DNA from: Marsupella aquatica
Taxonomy: Eukaryota; Plantae; Marchantiophyta
Length of the DNA: 64,000 bases
Direction: 5' to 3'
Assembly (NCBI GenBank): GCA_973895155.1
Contig: OZ316896.1
Location: 20,324,754-20,388,753 of the forward strand
Below the pieces are notes generated by a model that made no database searches, had not been told where the DNA came from, and was given only the letters and a program-made list of their open reading frames with translations. The translations under genes were made by a program, and so were the position numbers. Of the stretch, positions 51,600-64,000 are shown piece after piece. Positions within the stretch are counted from its first letter, which is position 1, and each line of letters opens with the position of its first letter.

Positions 51600-54500
51600 C
51601 ATTTCCCTTAGTATAGAAGCACTACCAAAGAACAAAAAGAGTCAAACAGGAAGACAAGATCCCAAAGCCAAGAGACAAGGTGAAGGACAGAAAAGATCAG
51701 ACAATCTCCACAAAAACCTTAGAGCCGAAAAGCCCCAGATTCCCACACAACCGCAACAAACTAGAGCCCATTGAGTAGCGGTGTCCCACATTTCTTTCAC
51801 ATTAGATAGACACTTATTTTCATATGACCCTCTTGCCGTTTCTTTCACCACTTCATAAACCAGTAACTGAGAGAAAATGGTCCTCACCTGTGAATTGATG
51901 CAATTGGCAACTCACCCCCTGAACTTGCCCTCATAATTGCCTATTTTGAAAATCTCAAATATCTTTGGGCATATTTAGATGAAAGACGAAATTTCTGGTG
52001 GGTGGAATACTCAAAGTCAAAGTCTCTTAAGTTTTTTTTTTAAAACTGGACTAGTGAGATCAAGTATGACAAGGGCTTTACGATTGAGGCAAAATTAGAG
52101 AATTTGCACAAAGAACAACACTTTGCAATCATTGCTAGAGCCATGACGATACTCTCAGGCACAGCACAAATAAGATTCTAAAGACAAGCCAGTACACAAC
52201 TTCACTACAGGAGCAAGAATATTTACCAAATTTCCTGTATACTTATACATCACGCTGTGAAAGAACAAATACCTCTAAAGAATACAATGGGCAAAAGGGT
52301 CCTAAAGAAATGGAAACTGCAGCCAGGTTGGACCACCATCTTCGACACAATACTTCTGTGGACCACAGTTTTGGGGGCGTCCATGGGAGTTTGGGGCCCA
52401 TAACCTGATGATGTATGAGTACTAATTGTCTTTTTGGTTTTGCACTTGCAAGGCAACGAGGGAAGGAGTAAATGGCAAGGTCACTTTGATGGAAATGTAG
52501 TTGACCTACTCCTGTAGTATCCCAGAATTATAAAATCGATATTATTTATCGAATTTTTTGAGAAGACCACCAGGCCGAGATTACGCTTTTAAAATTTAAC
52601 TCAAATTTTGGAAATGTGGTTGATTGGGGTTTCAAAGACCAACCTTGTGGTCCATGGGAGGATCAAATTTTTAAGAAAAGGGACCCAACAAAGGAAGAAA
52701 ACAAGGGAAAAAACCCACCAAAGAGTCCTCACTACTGGAAGAGGAAGATTTTAGATGTTCCAGGATTTTTATATATAAACTGCCAAAGAACAAAAATGAC
52801 CAAAGAGAAAACCAGCAAGACACGAACAAAAATGTGGAAAGGGAAAAACAGCAAGACAGGCTATTAAAGAAAATAGGCACTGACACCAAAAGGGAGAAAA
52901 CAAGGGAAAAACCCAGACCAAAAAGAGCCAAAACTCCCGATAGTTTCCAACAACTGCCAAAGAACTAAAGCCACATTGAGAAACAAACTGAAAAGCCTAG
53001 TAAAAGTCTGCACTAAAGCGCATAGGAGGCCCTAAAACCAAGATCTTTGGCCCATCAAAGAGTAGCGAATGTACTGAGCCCTCACTATTGCAACGTTGGA
53101 ATTCTTTGAAGATGTATATTGTCACCTAAACTGATATATATATATAAGTCAGCTATGTGTATCAGTTTTGAGTGATCTCAAAATACTAAATCTTGAAGTT
53201 AGGATGGATCTACATATCCGTTTGCTCAAATGCTTGGATATACCCTTGCAACGCGGATGGACAGCAAGGAAAGCCTCATTTCTGCTCATCTATCGTATTA
53301 TTACACAGATGAAATATATTGTGACAAAGAGACAAGAGAACCATCGTTGGAAATTTGTGGGTCCCATAATTCTCAATGAAATCTGACTACATTCAGCTCA
53401 TTGCAAAGATCTTTCCAAGTACTGTAGTTTCCATCAAACAAACCAATCAAAATAATTGAAGATGCCATAAAATATCAAGGGAGATAATGAATGTCAAAGA
53501 TGCCAGTATCAGCAGGTTCAAAATGTGGACAGTGAACGATGGAGTAATCTTTAGAAATTCACAAGGCTCTCTTCTCTTCATCAAAACTATGAGATATATG
53601 ACTGTTTGGAAAGATTGTTCCAAGCCACTTCTAACAAGCCCACCAAGAGCCTACTCCATTGAATATCAACAGCGGCATTGAAGGTCAAACTTTGCTGTTG
53701 ACGGTTTTTTGGAAACAAGAATGATGTCGATGATTGAAGTTGTGAAGGGGTTCAAGGTCCGTGAGAGTCATATGGTTCATGGGCTAGGTGAAGGCATTAC
53801 CAGTGAATGGAAATACAATACTGAACAGACATTATGGACTCTTAACAGATGGTAACATGGATCCATCAGAACCGGCCATGAGCCAAGATTGTATTGTAAC
53901 AGATCTGAGGTTCCAATCAAGTCACCTCTGCAAATTCAGAAATGAGAGCGTTTCGATAGTCCGAGGCTGTAATCGAAGAGACAATTCTATGATTTTCTGT
54001 CATATATGCCTTCCATGCAGCGCTGGGTTGAAACTAGCTCTTTCCACAACAAAGATTGACGAAGACGAGAAAAAACAACAACCAATGAATTGATCTGGTC
54101 TTTGTATGAAGACTATGATAAATGCAAGACAATTAACAGATAACCATAACCACCAAATAGGAAAGAATAGCAAATAACCACCAAATTGGGTATTCAGTCT
54201 GAAGAAATTAAAAACTTTCTAGTGAATGCATCTGCTTTGGATAAGTCCGTAATGATCTTTCTGGTCAGCTAAAGAACCACAATCCAGGAAGATGACCTTC
54301 CAATTTTGGTGAATTCGAGATTTCATCAATGATGCAATTGTGCAGGAAACCGCTGTACAGCTAATCGTTATTGCAAAATAATGGTTCTGCCCTGTGTCTT
54401 GGCACAATCATAGCTCCTCTCGACATCTGAACCTCCTCTTTCAAAATGGACTAGTATTCGTTCAGTCCTGAGAGATGAGTTCGATTTGGTACTATGCCCA

Positions 54501-54936
54501 AATCTTTGTCTTTGTCTTGAGCGTAACTGGAGACTAAAGCTTGGGCTGCGTGCTTAAAAAATGGTGTACGTTGTCGTGAGCTGTCCGTCAGTCGACAAAA
54601 AAATTATAGTTCGGTATCGTAGGCAAAATAAACGAATCATGTGCCGTTGGAGGTGTCTGTTTGAAGCTTTAGCAAATTCCAATGAGAGTTGCATAATAAC
54701 CACAGAATCTGCTCCAGCTGGTAGTCCTCAGCTCATAGATAGCCACCTTGCTTGAATTTGCGTTCAAAGCAACAAACCATCGATCAGCTTGGCCATGGAG
54801 CACAGTGCACTTGATAGCATCATGAATTTTCTTCTTACTTGTTCAGCTGCAAACTCACTGATATACAAAGCCCATGTTGTGCCAACGAGGGATTGGAAGG
54901 ACCTTCAAGTCCGTATAAATGTATAAAATTATCCTT

Positions 54937-55194
54937 TCATTGAGACGAGCCCCTTTCATAAGAGACGCCTTGTCCAAGTCCTGAAAGAATATCTGCAGGT
55001 GGCAGTTGTTTTCCTGATTCCAAAGTATCTGAGATGCATTCACTGCGGTCAGCAGCCTCCGACAGTCCTTGTCTCGGTCTCGTCCTTCTCGCGAACCATG
55101 AGAAGGCTATAACGCCTATAACTAACACAACAATTACGACCGCGGCACTGATGCCGACGCCGACGAAACCAACTGGAAACATAGAATAAGTCAT
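54937..55194 (-). CDS. Putative 85-aa single-pass membrane microprotein, unknown family
   Basis: MTYSMFPVGFVGVGISAAVVIVVLVIGVIAFSWF is followed by a basic stop-transfer ARRTRPR and a polar tail. A TTGCAG acceptor lies ~40 nt upstream (~55235); leader-like sequence with splice signals extends to a GC-rich region at ~57.7-58.1 kb. Confidence 0.45.
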   Translation of the reverse strand: MTYSMFPVGFVGVGISAAVVIVVLVIGVIAFSWFARRTRPRQGLSEAADRSECISDTLESGKQLPPADILSGLGQGVSYERGSSQ

Positions 55195-58100
55195 ATTAAG
55201 ATCTGCTGTTGAAGTGAAGTGTTGAGCCCAGATCCTGCAACAATGTAGTACAATGTAAGTTCTCAATGTCTTTGGCGAGCAGCTCCTACAAATCTAGTAC
55301 TTCCTAGATAGCTGTGCGGATTGGTGGCTTAGGGAAAACAATTCGTACAATTCGTCAAATTAAGCAAGTGAAAGAGGAAAAACAATTCGTAACATTCTTC
55401 CTTCTAACACTGACCCGGTATAGCCATGTAAAACTAGAAACCTCCCGCAAGCACCGTAGTTAAGTGTTCCACGGATACTTCCACGGTTACATGGCATCGA
55501 CAAAGAATGAGGCACAGCAGTCTAATCTCTAGTGCTAATTGAATGGACAGATAATCGTTCAAGAAGAGAGGGGTTTTTCATGGACCTGACCAATTAAATT
55601 CACCGACAGGATCCGAGACTCGTAGTCTCAAAGACACATTGATACCAAAAAATCCCTTTCCAAGAGTGTTACGTACCGCAAAGAAGTTGCTGTCGACGGG
55701 GTGACCCAATTACAAAACTTTTCACGCTCCTGTTTGGATTGTTCAGACACGTTCAGAACTGATGGACCGGGACGGACGCGGGAGGCATCCACTAGGCAAC
55801 AGGCCCAGTTTGCCGGAACAATAACGCAGCTTAAATGAACACAGCTGAAAGATAGTTTGCCGTAACAACCACGCAGCTTACATGAACACAGCTGCCCCGC
55901 CTCTGTGGATATTTAGTGCGTTACTGACTATCAGAGCTGGATATCCACTTCTCTACAGTTGCTCCTCAGTGAGCAGCATGAAATGGTATACACTTTTGAG
56001 GCCAGCTCAAGAGCTTCCCTAGCTCATCGCGGGATCCTTCATCTGCAGAACATAACTGAAGACATCAAGATTCAGCCATTTACGCTTCAGGTTTGCGCAG
56101 ATCGCAGAATTTTAATCACGCGATATGTGAACAACTAATCATACAATCGCCACCCCAACGTTGTCAGTTGCCTACAACGTCCCAAAGCAAGGCAGTATAG
56201 TATAATTCTCCACGCCTTACCCCGTAATTGCCGTTCCACATCAAAAATCGATCACTCACAGTGGTTGTCAATGACGTGCCACCTCAGTAATGAAAACATT
56301 TCTTCTATTTTGGCCCTGAAGCGCCTAAGGCAAACTCAATGACCTAGTTCAAATTTTCTCAATCGATCTTTCGAGTCTTGACCCCCTTTTGTCTTCTAAT
56401 AAGTCCGAAATTCTGAAGCTGTGTAAGACTTTTGCTCAGCTGAAGCATCCAAATTTATACCAAGAAACCGTACGAGGTCATCGCATTTCGAGGTGAGCAC
56501 GTCACATCTTGTTGCAACAGAGTTCATCACTGTAGAGGAATGAATAGCTTCCAGAAGGCCAAGAGCAGTGGCATTCAGTTTGAAAGACAGCCATATTTCG
56601 AGAAACCGCGTCCTCAAAGGAAGGGACATCCAACCACTATCAATAACAAACACATATGTTTCCTTCACGACCACTGCAAGACTTTCTAAGAATAACCGCA
56701 TCCACAGCAATGACAATTGTCCTGAATCCTTGGGTTAGCCACACACCTGGCATAGCAATGTGCTTCCGCAATCTGCTGCTCGTCTGTGGATGCTGTTGTC
56801 CAACGTGGTCAGCTAAGTTTGTGTTGGGCTCGAGTGAAACGAGATCTCATTGGCCGGCAGAGCAGTTATTGGCGCGGTTTCCCAGGACATAACATGCGAG
56901 TCACGCGATCACACGGCGAACATCTTTCGGTACGTATAAGATATTCTTGCAGAAAAACCGGTCGAAAAAGATCCCTCAGGTCGCAAGAACTGGCTTATCT
57001 GCTGTGGTCAGTCGATTATCAAGCCCAACACTAGCAAACTGAGAGGAAAGAAAACCGGATTGGCTGCTTCCATATGATCTACGTGAAACCAGGATGGTGC
57101 TTCCAACGTGCTCAGGATGAGTCCAACACGCCTAGACGGGAGATATCTCTAACTGGTAGGAGAGAGAGCGGCTACAAGGTGTACTGGCTATCCGTCCAAT
57201 CAAGAAACCATGATAGAGAAACCGTACGCGGTCGTCGCATTTCGAAGCCCCTCTCCCTTTCAGACCGATTCAATTGTCATTAAGTCCCCGACCAATCGTC
57301 TGGAAAGATTGCCACTCCAAACACAAGCTTCGTAACAAAGCGAAATAGAAACGGGCTTAAAACCAACCACAGTAGCAGCTACCCAGCGCTCGCTGCTGCG
57401 GCATCATCAATTGCAGCAACGGCACAGCATTGACAAAAAGGACAAAAAAAAGATCTCAGCCCTGGAGCTCAAAACGAGTGAAGGGATTTCCGTCCCGAAG
57501 AGTGAACAGCAATCTGCCAGGGTCTTCAATTCCATAAACGCTACAACTTTAGCAATAACGACGAAAGATCGCAGCTCTGGAGCTCAAAACGAGTCGACCG
57601 CAACAATGTCGGATTCAACGTGGAGCATTTCGATCCCCGAGAAAAACCCTGCTGCGTCTGAGAGTGATCGCCATCCGAGACTCCGAGATCCAGCGAGCGA
57701 GCGAGCGATCTTGGCAGGAATCCCACTAGATCACAGTTGAGCTGGGAGTGACGAGGATTTCCTCCTTTAGAGGAAGAGAGCGGAAAAGGTAGGATTTCGA
57801 ACGAACAATAATGCGCTCACGTCTCGCCTCTTCTTCCCCGCACGGCAAGCAAGTCCCTTACTGTTGCGGAAAATCCCACGAGGCGGACAATGTCCCACCC
57901 CAAGACGCCACGAACAAGCCGTGACCGGTCTAACGCTGTTGAAAACACGATTAGTCCGTTTTAGAACCACAGTAGTCTGGTCCCGCCGCTCGTCAAGCGT
58001 GTTGACGCAAACCACGGATAAAACCCTCCGCGGAGGAGAATGTCGCCCCCACAAACGGGAACGGACTTATCTGCTGTAGACGCAAACCGACGGCCTCCTG

Positions 58101-60021
58101 TTTGAGGGTGCGCCAGTCTTCCAGGGCGGACTGGAGTGCTCAACGGTAAACAGAATGATGGAGGAGAGTGAAAGAACATATTCTGAGATTCGTTGTTTTT
58201 TCGAAACGCATGCAAGTATGCATCTCTTTACCTTCACTCTTTGCAGTTTTGTATACTTTATTGAAGGAGGCCCCCAATCAGTTGCATGGATTATTATAGA
58301 TGACTGATATTGTGAAATTCATTTATTGTTGTCCTATGTGATCCCTCATTCAATGCTGCCTAAGATGGAGCTCTGCCAATAGGCACGAAAAGGTGAGAGC
58401 ATGACACGTATGTACTTTCTTTTTCAAATGCTAATTGTAATTTTTTGACACATGGAAATATTGGAGATCAGTCTAGGATAGTCTTCTATAGTAGGTTTGT
58501 CAAAATGCTCCCATGTATTTTTGCAATTCAGATGACCATATTGTGTTCACAATGTGACAGAGAATATTCCCAATTAGTCTATCCTAATTGTATGGTTTCT
58601 GTCTAAGGTCCATGAGAGCATCATTTTCATCTCTTATCACCATCTAATTGTGGAACCAAGGAGTTCTAATAATTGAGTTTCTCTTTTGGCCCCTTGTTGG
58701 GTGAGACTTGCTTTGTTTGATTTGGGACCTATGGGGCACTTTACCAAAGCAGGGAGGCAGTTTCAGAAAACTAAGAGACCTAAACGAGGGTCGGGTACTG
58801 TATCCAAAATACTGTAGTACCTTTCTGTTTCAGTAGCCTATTCCCAAATAATGTTTTTCAAGGATTAGTAAGGACCCCAAACTCTTAAAGGTCTTCAACA
58901 ATTATTTATATTTTGCGCAATCCAGAATGGCACTTCAGTATGTAATCTGGCAGAATTGATCTGGGCCTTTCTGGGGCCTATTTAAGTGCAAAACCTCTTA
59001 CATGGCAGGGAGGATAGAATCTTGGACGACCACCACCAGATCTAAATAAGGGGCTTTTCACGTACGGGGGGGAAACAACAGGCTGGGAGACTTTTTCTGA
59101 TCCATTCAATCTTGTCCCTCCACTACGAACATGGGAGGGGAGTAAACTAGTATAAGTGTGATCACAGCTTAGAGGAAGGCATAGAGTCCGAAAGGGGTCC
59201 CGGTAACTGAAACATCAAAATATGACATATATTGTGTACCACATAGCTCTATATCACGATAAATGTCATTGTTTTCTTTAAATTGAGTGCACACCATATA
59301 TTGATGTGTGATTACCGACAGGGGTCCGGAAATGGGTAGCAGCCCTTTCCATCAGTGGCCAAAATTCACTGAAACGTATTCACCACTGTTTACCCTAGTT
59401 TTTTTTATTGTCTCTTAGCCAGTTTCCCACCTCTGTAGCTACATACCCCAACAGCCAGAATCTGACCCTTATTTTTAAATCTAGAGAGATCTAATGGTCA
59501 GAAATTAATATAAGAAAACCACAATAGATATGGGATATCCTTCTCCAGGTGACATTCATGACGCTCGTTGGCAGCCATAGCCAGAGGGTCGCAGGTACTA
59601 CCCAATTCACTCAAGTTGCTAGCAAAGCCTCCAGAGCGAAGGTCAAGGACTGTAGATGTGCTCAGTGAGTGGCCACATCTCTTGTTCTGCTCTGTTCTAT
59701 TGTTTCGCTATGGATTGCTGTCCCATCCATTTTTCTGTGGCTCTCCTGTTCAATGCACAAGTCGAGGATTTCAGGCATCGCTTCGTCTTTGAGAATGGTA
59801 ATCTCAATTATGGGTGTGCTCGCCTTGCTCTATGGGAAGAGGATGTGTTTGCACAGCTCACAACCAATTTTGTGTACACAGGGACGACAGTGAGACGGGA
59901 AGAAATTCGGAGGAAAAGCAATGTGGGGAGGATTAAGGCAGAGAGAATTAGGGGTAACTCGTGCTGGAAGTGTTGCCATTCACATCAGCGCCGAGCATCA
60001 CGCAGAAGGATGTACAGTTTC

Positions 60022-60077
60022 AACATCTTGGAAGTTGGTGCTCGAAGTGAACATCTTGGAAGTTGGTGCTCGAAGTG
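60022..60077. repeat. Perfect 28-bp tandem duplication
   Basis: AACATCTTGGAAGTTGGTGCTCGAAGTG occurs twice. Confidence 0.9.
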
Positions 60078-60152
60078 AATAGAGAGTATTTTACTAACCT
60101 GCTTAACTCGCGGCAACTGTCTAATTAGAGGAATGCTTCTCGGGTGGTCCAG

Positions 60153-60743
60153 CATTTTGCCGTTGGGAATTGTTCAGCAATCGTAGTTTCAACGGAGTGT
60201 GACAAGAAACCCCAGTTCGCTGACGGTCTCAATGTGCCATGATCTGTCGTTCACTGGCTGAAATCATCTCACAACAAGCCCCTGTTTTTTCACCTTTCCA
60301 CCGATCAAGGTTTACTTCTCTCCCTCGTCTTATCCATGTACGTGCTTTTCTCGTGTGAAGGTCTTATTTGTTAGCGATTGGCTGAAAGATATGGTGAAGT
60401 TTGCAACCCTCTATAAATCGTGGAACTTTTGGCTTGGGCGACTAAAATTGGGTTCCTTCAGGATGCCACGAAAATTCAATGCAGCTAGTCTCTTGCATAC
60501 AAGATTTATAGAAATTTCATCATGGATGTTGATGTTGTGGGCCGATTTGGTGGTTTTCCAGATACTCTCTGCGTTGCTGAAACTTGACTAACTTCAGAGT
60601 TTTTGTCTTTGTGATTCACAGCGTATGCGAGCACGAAGTCGTTTTACAAAGAAGAGGACGAAACCAAGCCTGTCAACGTTTATGGTAAAACCAAAGTGGA
60701 GGCTGAGAAACATATTCGAGCTAATTGTCTCAATTATGCCATT
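60153..60743 (+). pseudogene. Two-exon fragment of an RmlD / dTDP-4-dehydrorhamnose reductase-like extended SDR (At4g00560-like)
   Basis: Exon A ~60153-60309 reads NCSAIVVSTECDKKP, frameshift, ADGLNVP*SVVHWLKSSHNKPLFFHLSTDQ. GT-AG intron 60310-60621. Exon B reads AYASTKSFYKEEDETKPVNVYGKTKVEAEKHIRANCLNYAI (YxxxK motif), then similarity stops. No GxxGxxG N-terminus or C-terminal exons found. Confidence 0.8.
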
Positions 60744-60816
60744 GGAATTGTTGCTTACGCGAAGAGGAAACTAGTACGGCATATATTCAATTTTGTGTCC
60801 ACCGCATAAGATAGTC

Positions 60817-61575
60817 ATGGCTAGCTCCACGTTACCGCAGCTCTGTGGCTCTGGTTTAAGGCTGTCTTGCCATGGCGAGAATAATTGTGATGGAATTGTG
60901 GGTACCAGAAAATTAGGATTGCTACGGAAGGTGCAGCAGCTTCCACAGCGAATTTCTGGGCGCACATCCATTTCTCAATTGAGAGCCTCCTGCTCGAGTA
61001 CTGACTCCCAAAACAGCGATGGAGTTAGAGCTGACGCAGGGCAATGTGGGCGAAGGGAAATTGGGATGGCATCAGTGGCGTTTTGCCTGTTTACTTTCTC
61101 GAATAGCAAGGGCGAGGACGCACAGGCTGGCGGGCTGGACAAGTACCTGAAGAAGAAGAAATTGGACCCCCTGGACACGTATGTCCCCACCGTGCTGCTC
61201 GCTCAATCCCAGTTTCAGGACGTGGATGGGAAGCTAGAAGGAGGTCAGCAGAAAACGTATGCGGATGCTCGGTCGTTGCTGCGTACTGGTCCTGCCGCCT
61301 CTCTGCGGACCGATATCCGTGCAGTTGCCCAGTATGCTGCAGAAACGGGGAATGAGGACGGCACTGCTGCTGTGGATCAGTGTCTCAGTGCTTTGGAGGA
61401 TTTGGACTCTCTTCTGCTGCAAGCGTCGAGGTCAAGTGGAGCTCCAGTTGAGAGGATGAAGGAGGATCTCACCATGACTGTTAGCGCTCTGGACAGGCTG
61501 CTGGCAACCGTACCTGGGGAGATATTAGAAAAATCTAAAGCCATCGCAGAGGCATACAAAGAATACAGTGACTAG
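60817..61575 (+). CDS. Conserved uncharacterised chloroplast thylakoid protein with bipartite Tat signal (resembles At5g42765 from memory), intronless
   Basis: First ATG at 60817 (MASSTLPQ); Ser/Arg-rich transit peptide; twin-arginine GRREIGMASVAFCLF followed by an AQA cleavage site; mature domain GGLDKYLKKKKLDPLDTYVP..LRTGPAASLRTDIRAVAQYA..ALEDLDSLLLQASR. Confidence 0.85.
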   Translation: MASSTLPQLCGSGLRLSCHGENNCDGIVGTRKLGLLRKVQQLPQRISGRTSISQLRASCSSTDSQNSDGVRADAGQCGRREIGMASVAFCLFTFSNSKGEDAQAGGLDKYLKKKKLDPLDTYVPTVLLAQSQFQDVDGKLEGGQQKTYADARSLLRTGPAASLRTDIRAVAQYAAETGNEDGTAAVDQCLSALEDLDSLLLQASRSSGAPVERMKEDLTMTVSALDRLLATVPGEILEKSKAIAEAYKEYSD

Positions 61576-61630
61576 GATAGTGAAATCTAACCATCGCAGA
61601 AGCATACAAAGATTCCAGTGACTAGGATAC
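61531..61630. repeat. ~50-bp tandem duplication spanning the thylakoid-gene stop codon
   Basis: AAATCTAA(AG)CCATCGCAGA(G/A)GCATACAAAGA(ATA/TTC)CAGTGACTAGGATA occurs twice. Confidence 0.85.
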
Positions 61631-64000
61631 CGGTACATGTTCATCTTGTGCACCAATTTGTAGCTGCCAGTGACTGGCCAATGTTTTGGAAAGGTCTGGG
61701 TTGATATTTCGGAATGGAGAACGTCGTTTCTTGTGCATGTGCCTTGCTATTTTGCTGTCTGCTTCCTGAGTAGACAGAGTTGTAGACTTGTACAGCGGTC
61801 TTATTGGAACCTTGATTTTACCACTAGTGTCTTTTTCCTGTTGCAATGAAGGGCGCCTCTGGAATCACGACATAAGTAATAAGGTTTGTAATTCACCTTG
61901 TCAATTTGCCTAAGCACAATCCAGCTCCTCTCTGCAAATGTGATCTTAGTGTCACCTCATGCTGAGAAGCATGAGCCACTTTTCCTTGCATTCAAAAAGC
62001 TTTCTAGAACTGCTAAAAGATAGAAATTGCAATGCATCTCTTGAGTATTTGTTTTGAATGGGCACAATGAACCACTTGCACCGAGTGAACTATTGACAAA
62101 GAGTTTTCTGGCCATCTGATTCATTTTATCAATGCACTCAGCACCTCCGTGACTGCATGTCTCTAAACACACCAATGCACGCACCCGACTTATGTTTTGG
62201 GTGCAGCCTGCTCTTGTTTGTAAAACACACTGGGGGCCCTTCGAAGCCAGGGAAAGGTAAATATATTCAGTCCGTCCGTTATAATTTCGATCTTGTTCTT
62301 TGAGACAAAACAGAATCAAATAGTACCTGGACTGATCACAGTCAATTGACTTCCGTTGGCCAATCCTGCGGTGTCCAATGCTGAGGTACGTCAGGTCATT
62401 GCAAGTTACATTATTGTTCGAGATTTTCAGCAGGTTTACTCAGTTGTACATTTGATGTAGAATTCACCTGATAAAAACAGAGTAAGTATCCAAGGGAGCT
62501 TGAAGGTGGTGCAAGCAATGTTTTCGAAGACTCATTGTTGAGTTCGAAGTAGTATTGTTCCTTCAATAAGATTTGTGGCATTGTTTTGGATTCTCAACTC
62601 TTCTGCTGGCAAGTTATCTGGAGGCTCAACGGTCGAAAAATTTTCATTTCTGTAGCAACGCAAAAGCTGGTAAACAACATTTTTTCAACAAGAATGAGCA
62701 GCTGGATGTTTAGTCGATTCAATGTATCTCTCAGGGTACCTGTATCCAAGAAAAGCAGAGGCTGCATGGGATCCACAACCTGAACAAAAGACATGAAAGG
62801 TATCAGTGAACCCTCGAGACGTTTCAGCAGTTTCCTGGTCAGATTGAATATTCACCAATAAGATGTCAAAGTTCAGCATAATCCCTCCTGTAGTTTTAGC
62901 TTTGTATATCTATGTAAGGTTAAGAGCCAATACCCCCCCTGCCAGCCTGGCCTGGGGTGGTGAGATTTTGGCCCCCTTGGCTAGCCAGCCTGGGAGGGTT
63001 ATCAAGGGCATATGCTTGTTAATCCAGTGGCCAATCTGGAAGGGTTATCCAATTTTAGGTGCAATTTTCAGGTCATAAATAGAGTAAAACTGCATTTGGG
63101 GGCCATGATTGTAACCCCCTCAGGCTCACTGCCCTTGGGGACTCCCAGCCAACTGAAGGCACTAGGAAATTAGCTCCTCCTTCTTAGGTCAGGAGAGCAT
63201 TTGCAGAATGATCTTTGGATTGTAGTCCCTCTGCTAGGTTCTGTCATCTGCTTTTTTATGAATTGATATATCGATATAGAGACAATCTTCCTTGGCTTCA
63301 TTTCAGAGACCTTCAGTCATGTTGTTTCTATCTGAACATGGTGCTTCAATTTTGTGGATCGCAAATCATAACTTGCCCATGAAATAGAGAAGCAACTTGT
63401 ATTAGCTCTGGACCAACTGAAACTAAAGACAGAGCCTTCTCCTCAATAGAAGTCTTTGTTCTTGTACATTTGTACATTTCTTGGCCCTTGTTATTGATGA
63501 TTTTGTGTTTGATTACTTCAACATCAAATTTAGCAGATGAGGAACCTCTTTTCACCTGGCCTTGCCTGACCTATAATAGGGATAGAGCAAAAGTGAATGA
63601 AATTAACCTTTCGTGCTAAGTCTGTGTGAGACACTAGGATGCATTTCAAGTTCAGTCAATCAACATAACATGATTACCAATCTAAACACTATAATATGGA
63701 AGCTCCTTAGTTGTTAGATTATGGTGACATTTTTCTTTATCATGAAATGGACATAAGGTGTCACTGTGCATCTTTTCCATTGCCAACCCGTCACTCTCTT
63801 CATAATTGACAAAATCTTTGAGATCCAGTTGTCAAGCCGGTTGGGTCTGCTCTATAACACTTCAGCTCAAGATCACTTATTTTCAACAATACTCACTTCA
63901 ACTCAAGGTCAATTATTTTCAACAATACTCTATACTACTGTGCATTGGGCTAGTGTGTAACCTCATCACACCGCGTGTTAAATCTACATCAGCCATACAA

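Noticed and set aside
47451-52456. Faint LINE-like peptides (RWVIL at ~47.5 kb; LWAPNSHGRPK at ~52.4 kb)
   Set aside because: Too degenerate to call without a profile search.
62300-63570. Minus-strand exon-like segments with acceptors at ~62780 and ~63570
   Set aside because: Could not be assembled into an open, recognisable protein; may be UTR or a decayed gene.

Overview
Eukaryotic nuclear DNA from a land plant, probably bryophyte-grade (liverwort-like; this is an inference from gene style, not proven). Five recognisable protein-coding genes: a 13-exon FG-GAP/NERD1-like membrane protein (+, 2856-8330), a 7-exon syntaxin-6/SYP61 (-, 10055-13037), a ~24-exon topoisomerase III-alpha (-, 16060-25431), an intronless group-III CONSTANS-like B-box/CCT factor (-, 40374-41873) and an intronless Tat-targeted thylakoid protein (+, 60817-61575). 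There is also a candidate 85-aa single-pass membrane microprotein (-, 54937-55194) and a decayed two-exon RmlD-like reductase fragment fused to the leader of the thylakoid gene. The intervals 26-40 kb and 43-54 kb are gene-poor and contain MITEs, solo LTRs and small duplications. I found no tRNA, rRNA, snRNA, CRISPR array or intact transposase, and no clearly new multi-gene system. The best leads are the RmlD-fragment/thylakoid-gene chimera, an extra CCHC knuckle and a GC-AG intron in TOP3A, the orphan microprotein, and a CpG-rich block at 45.1-45.8 kb with inverted dinucleotide bias. All protein identifications are from recalled family motifs; no database search was run.
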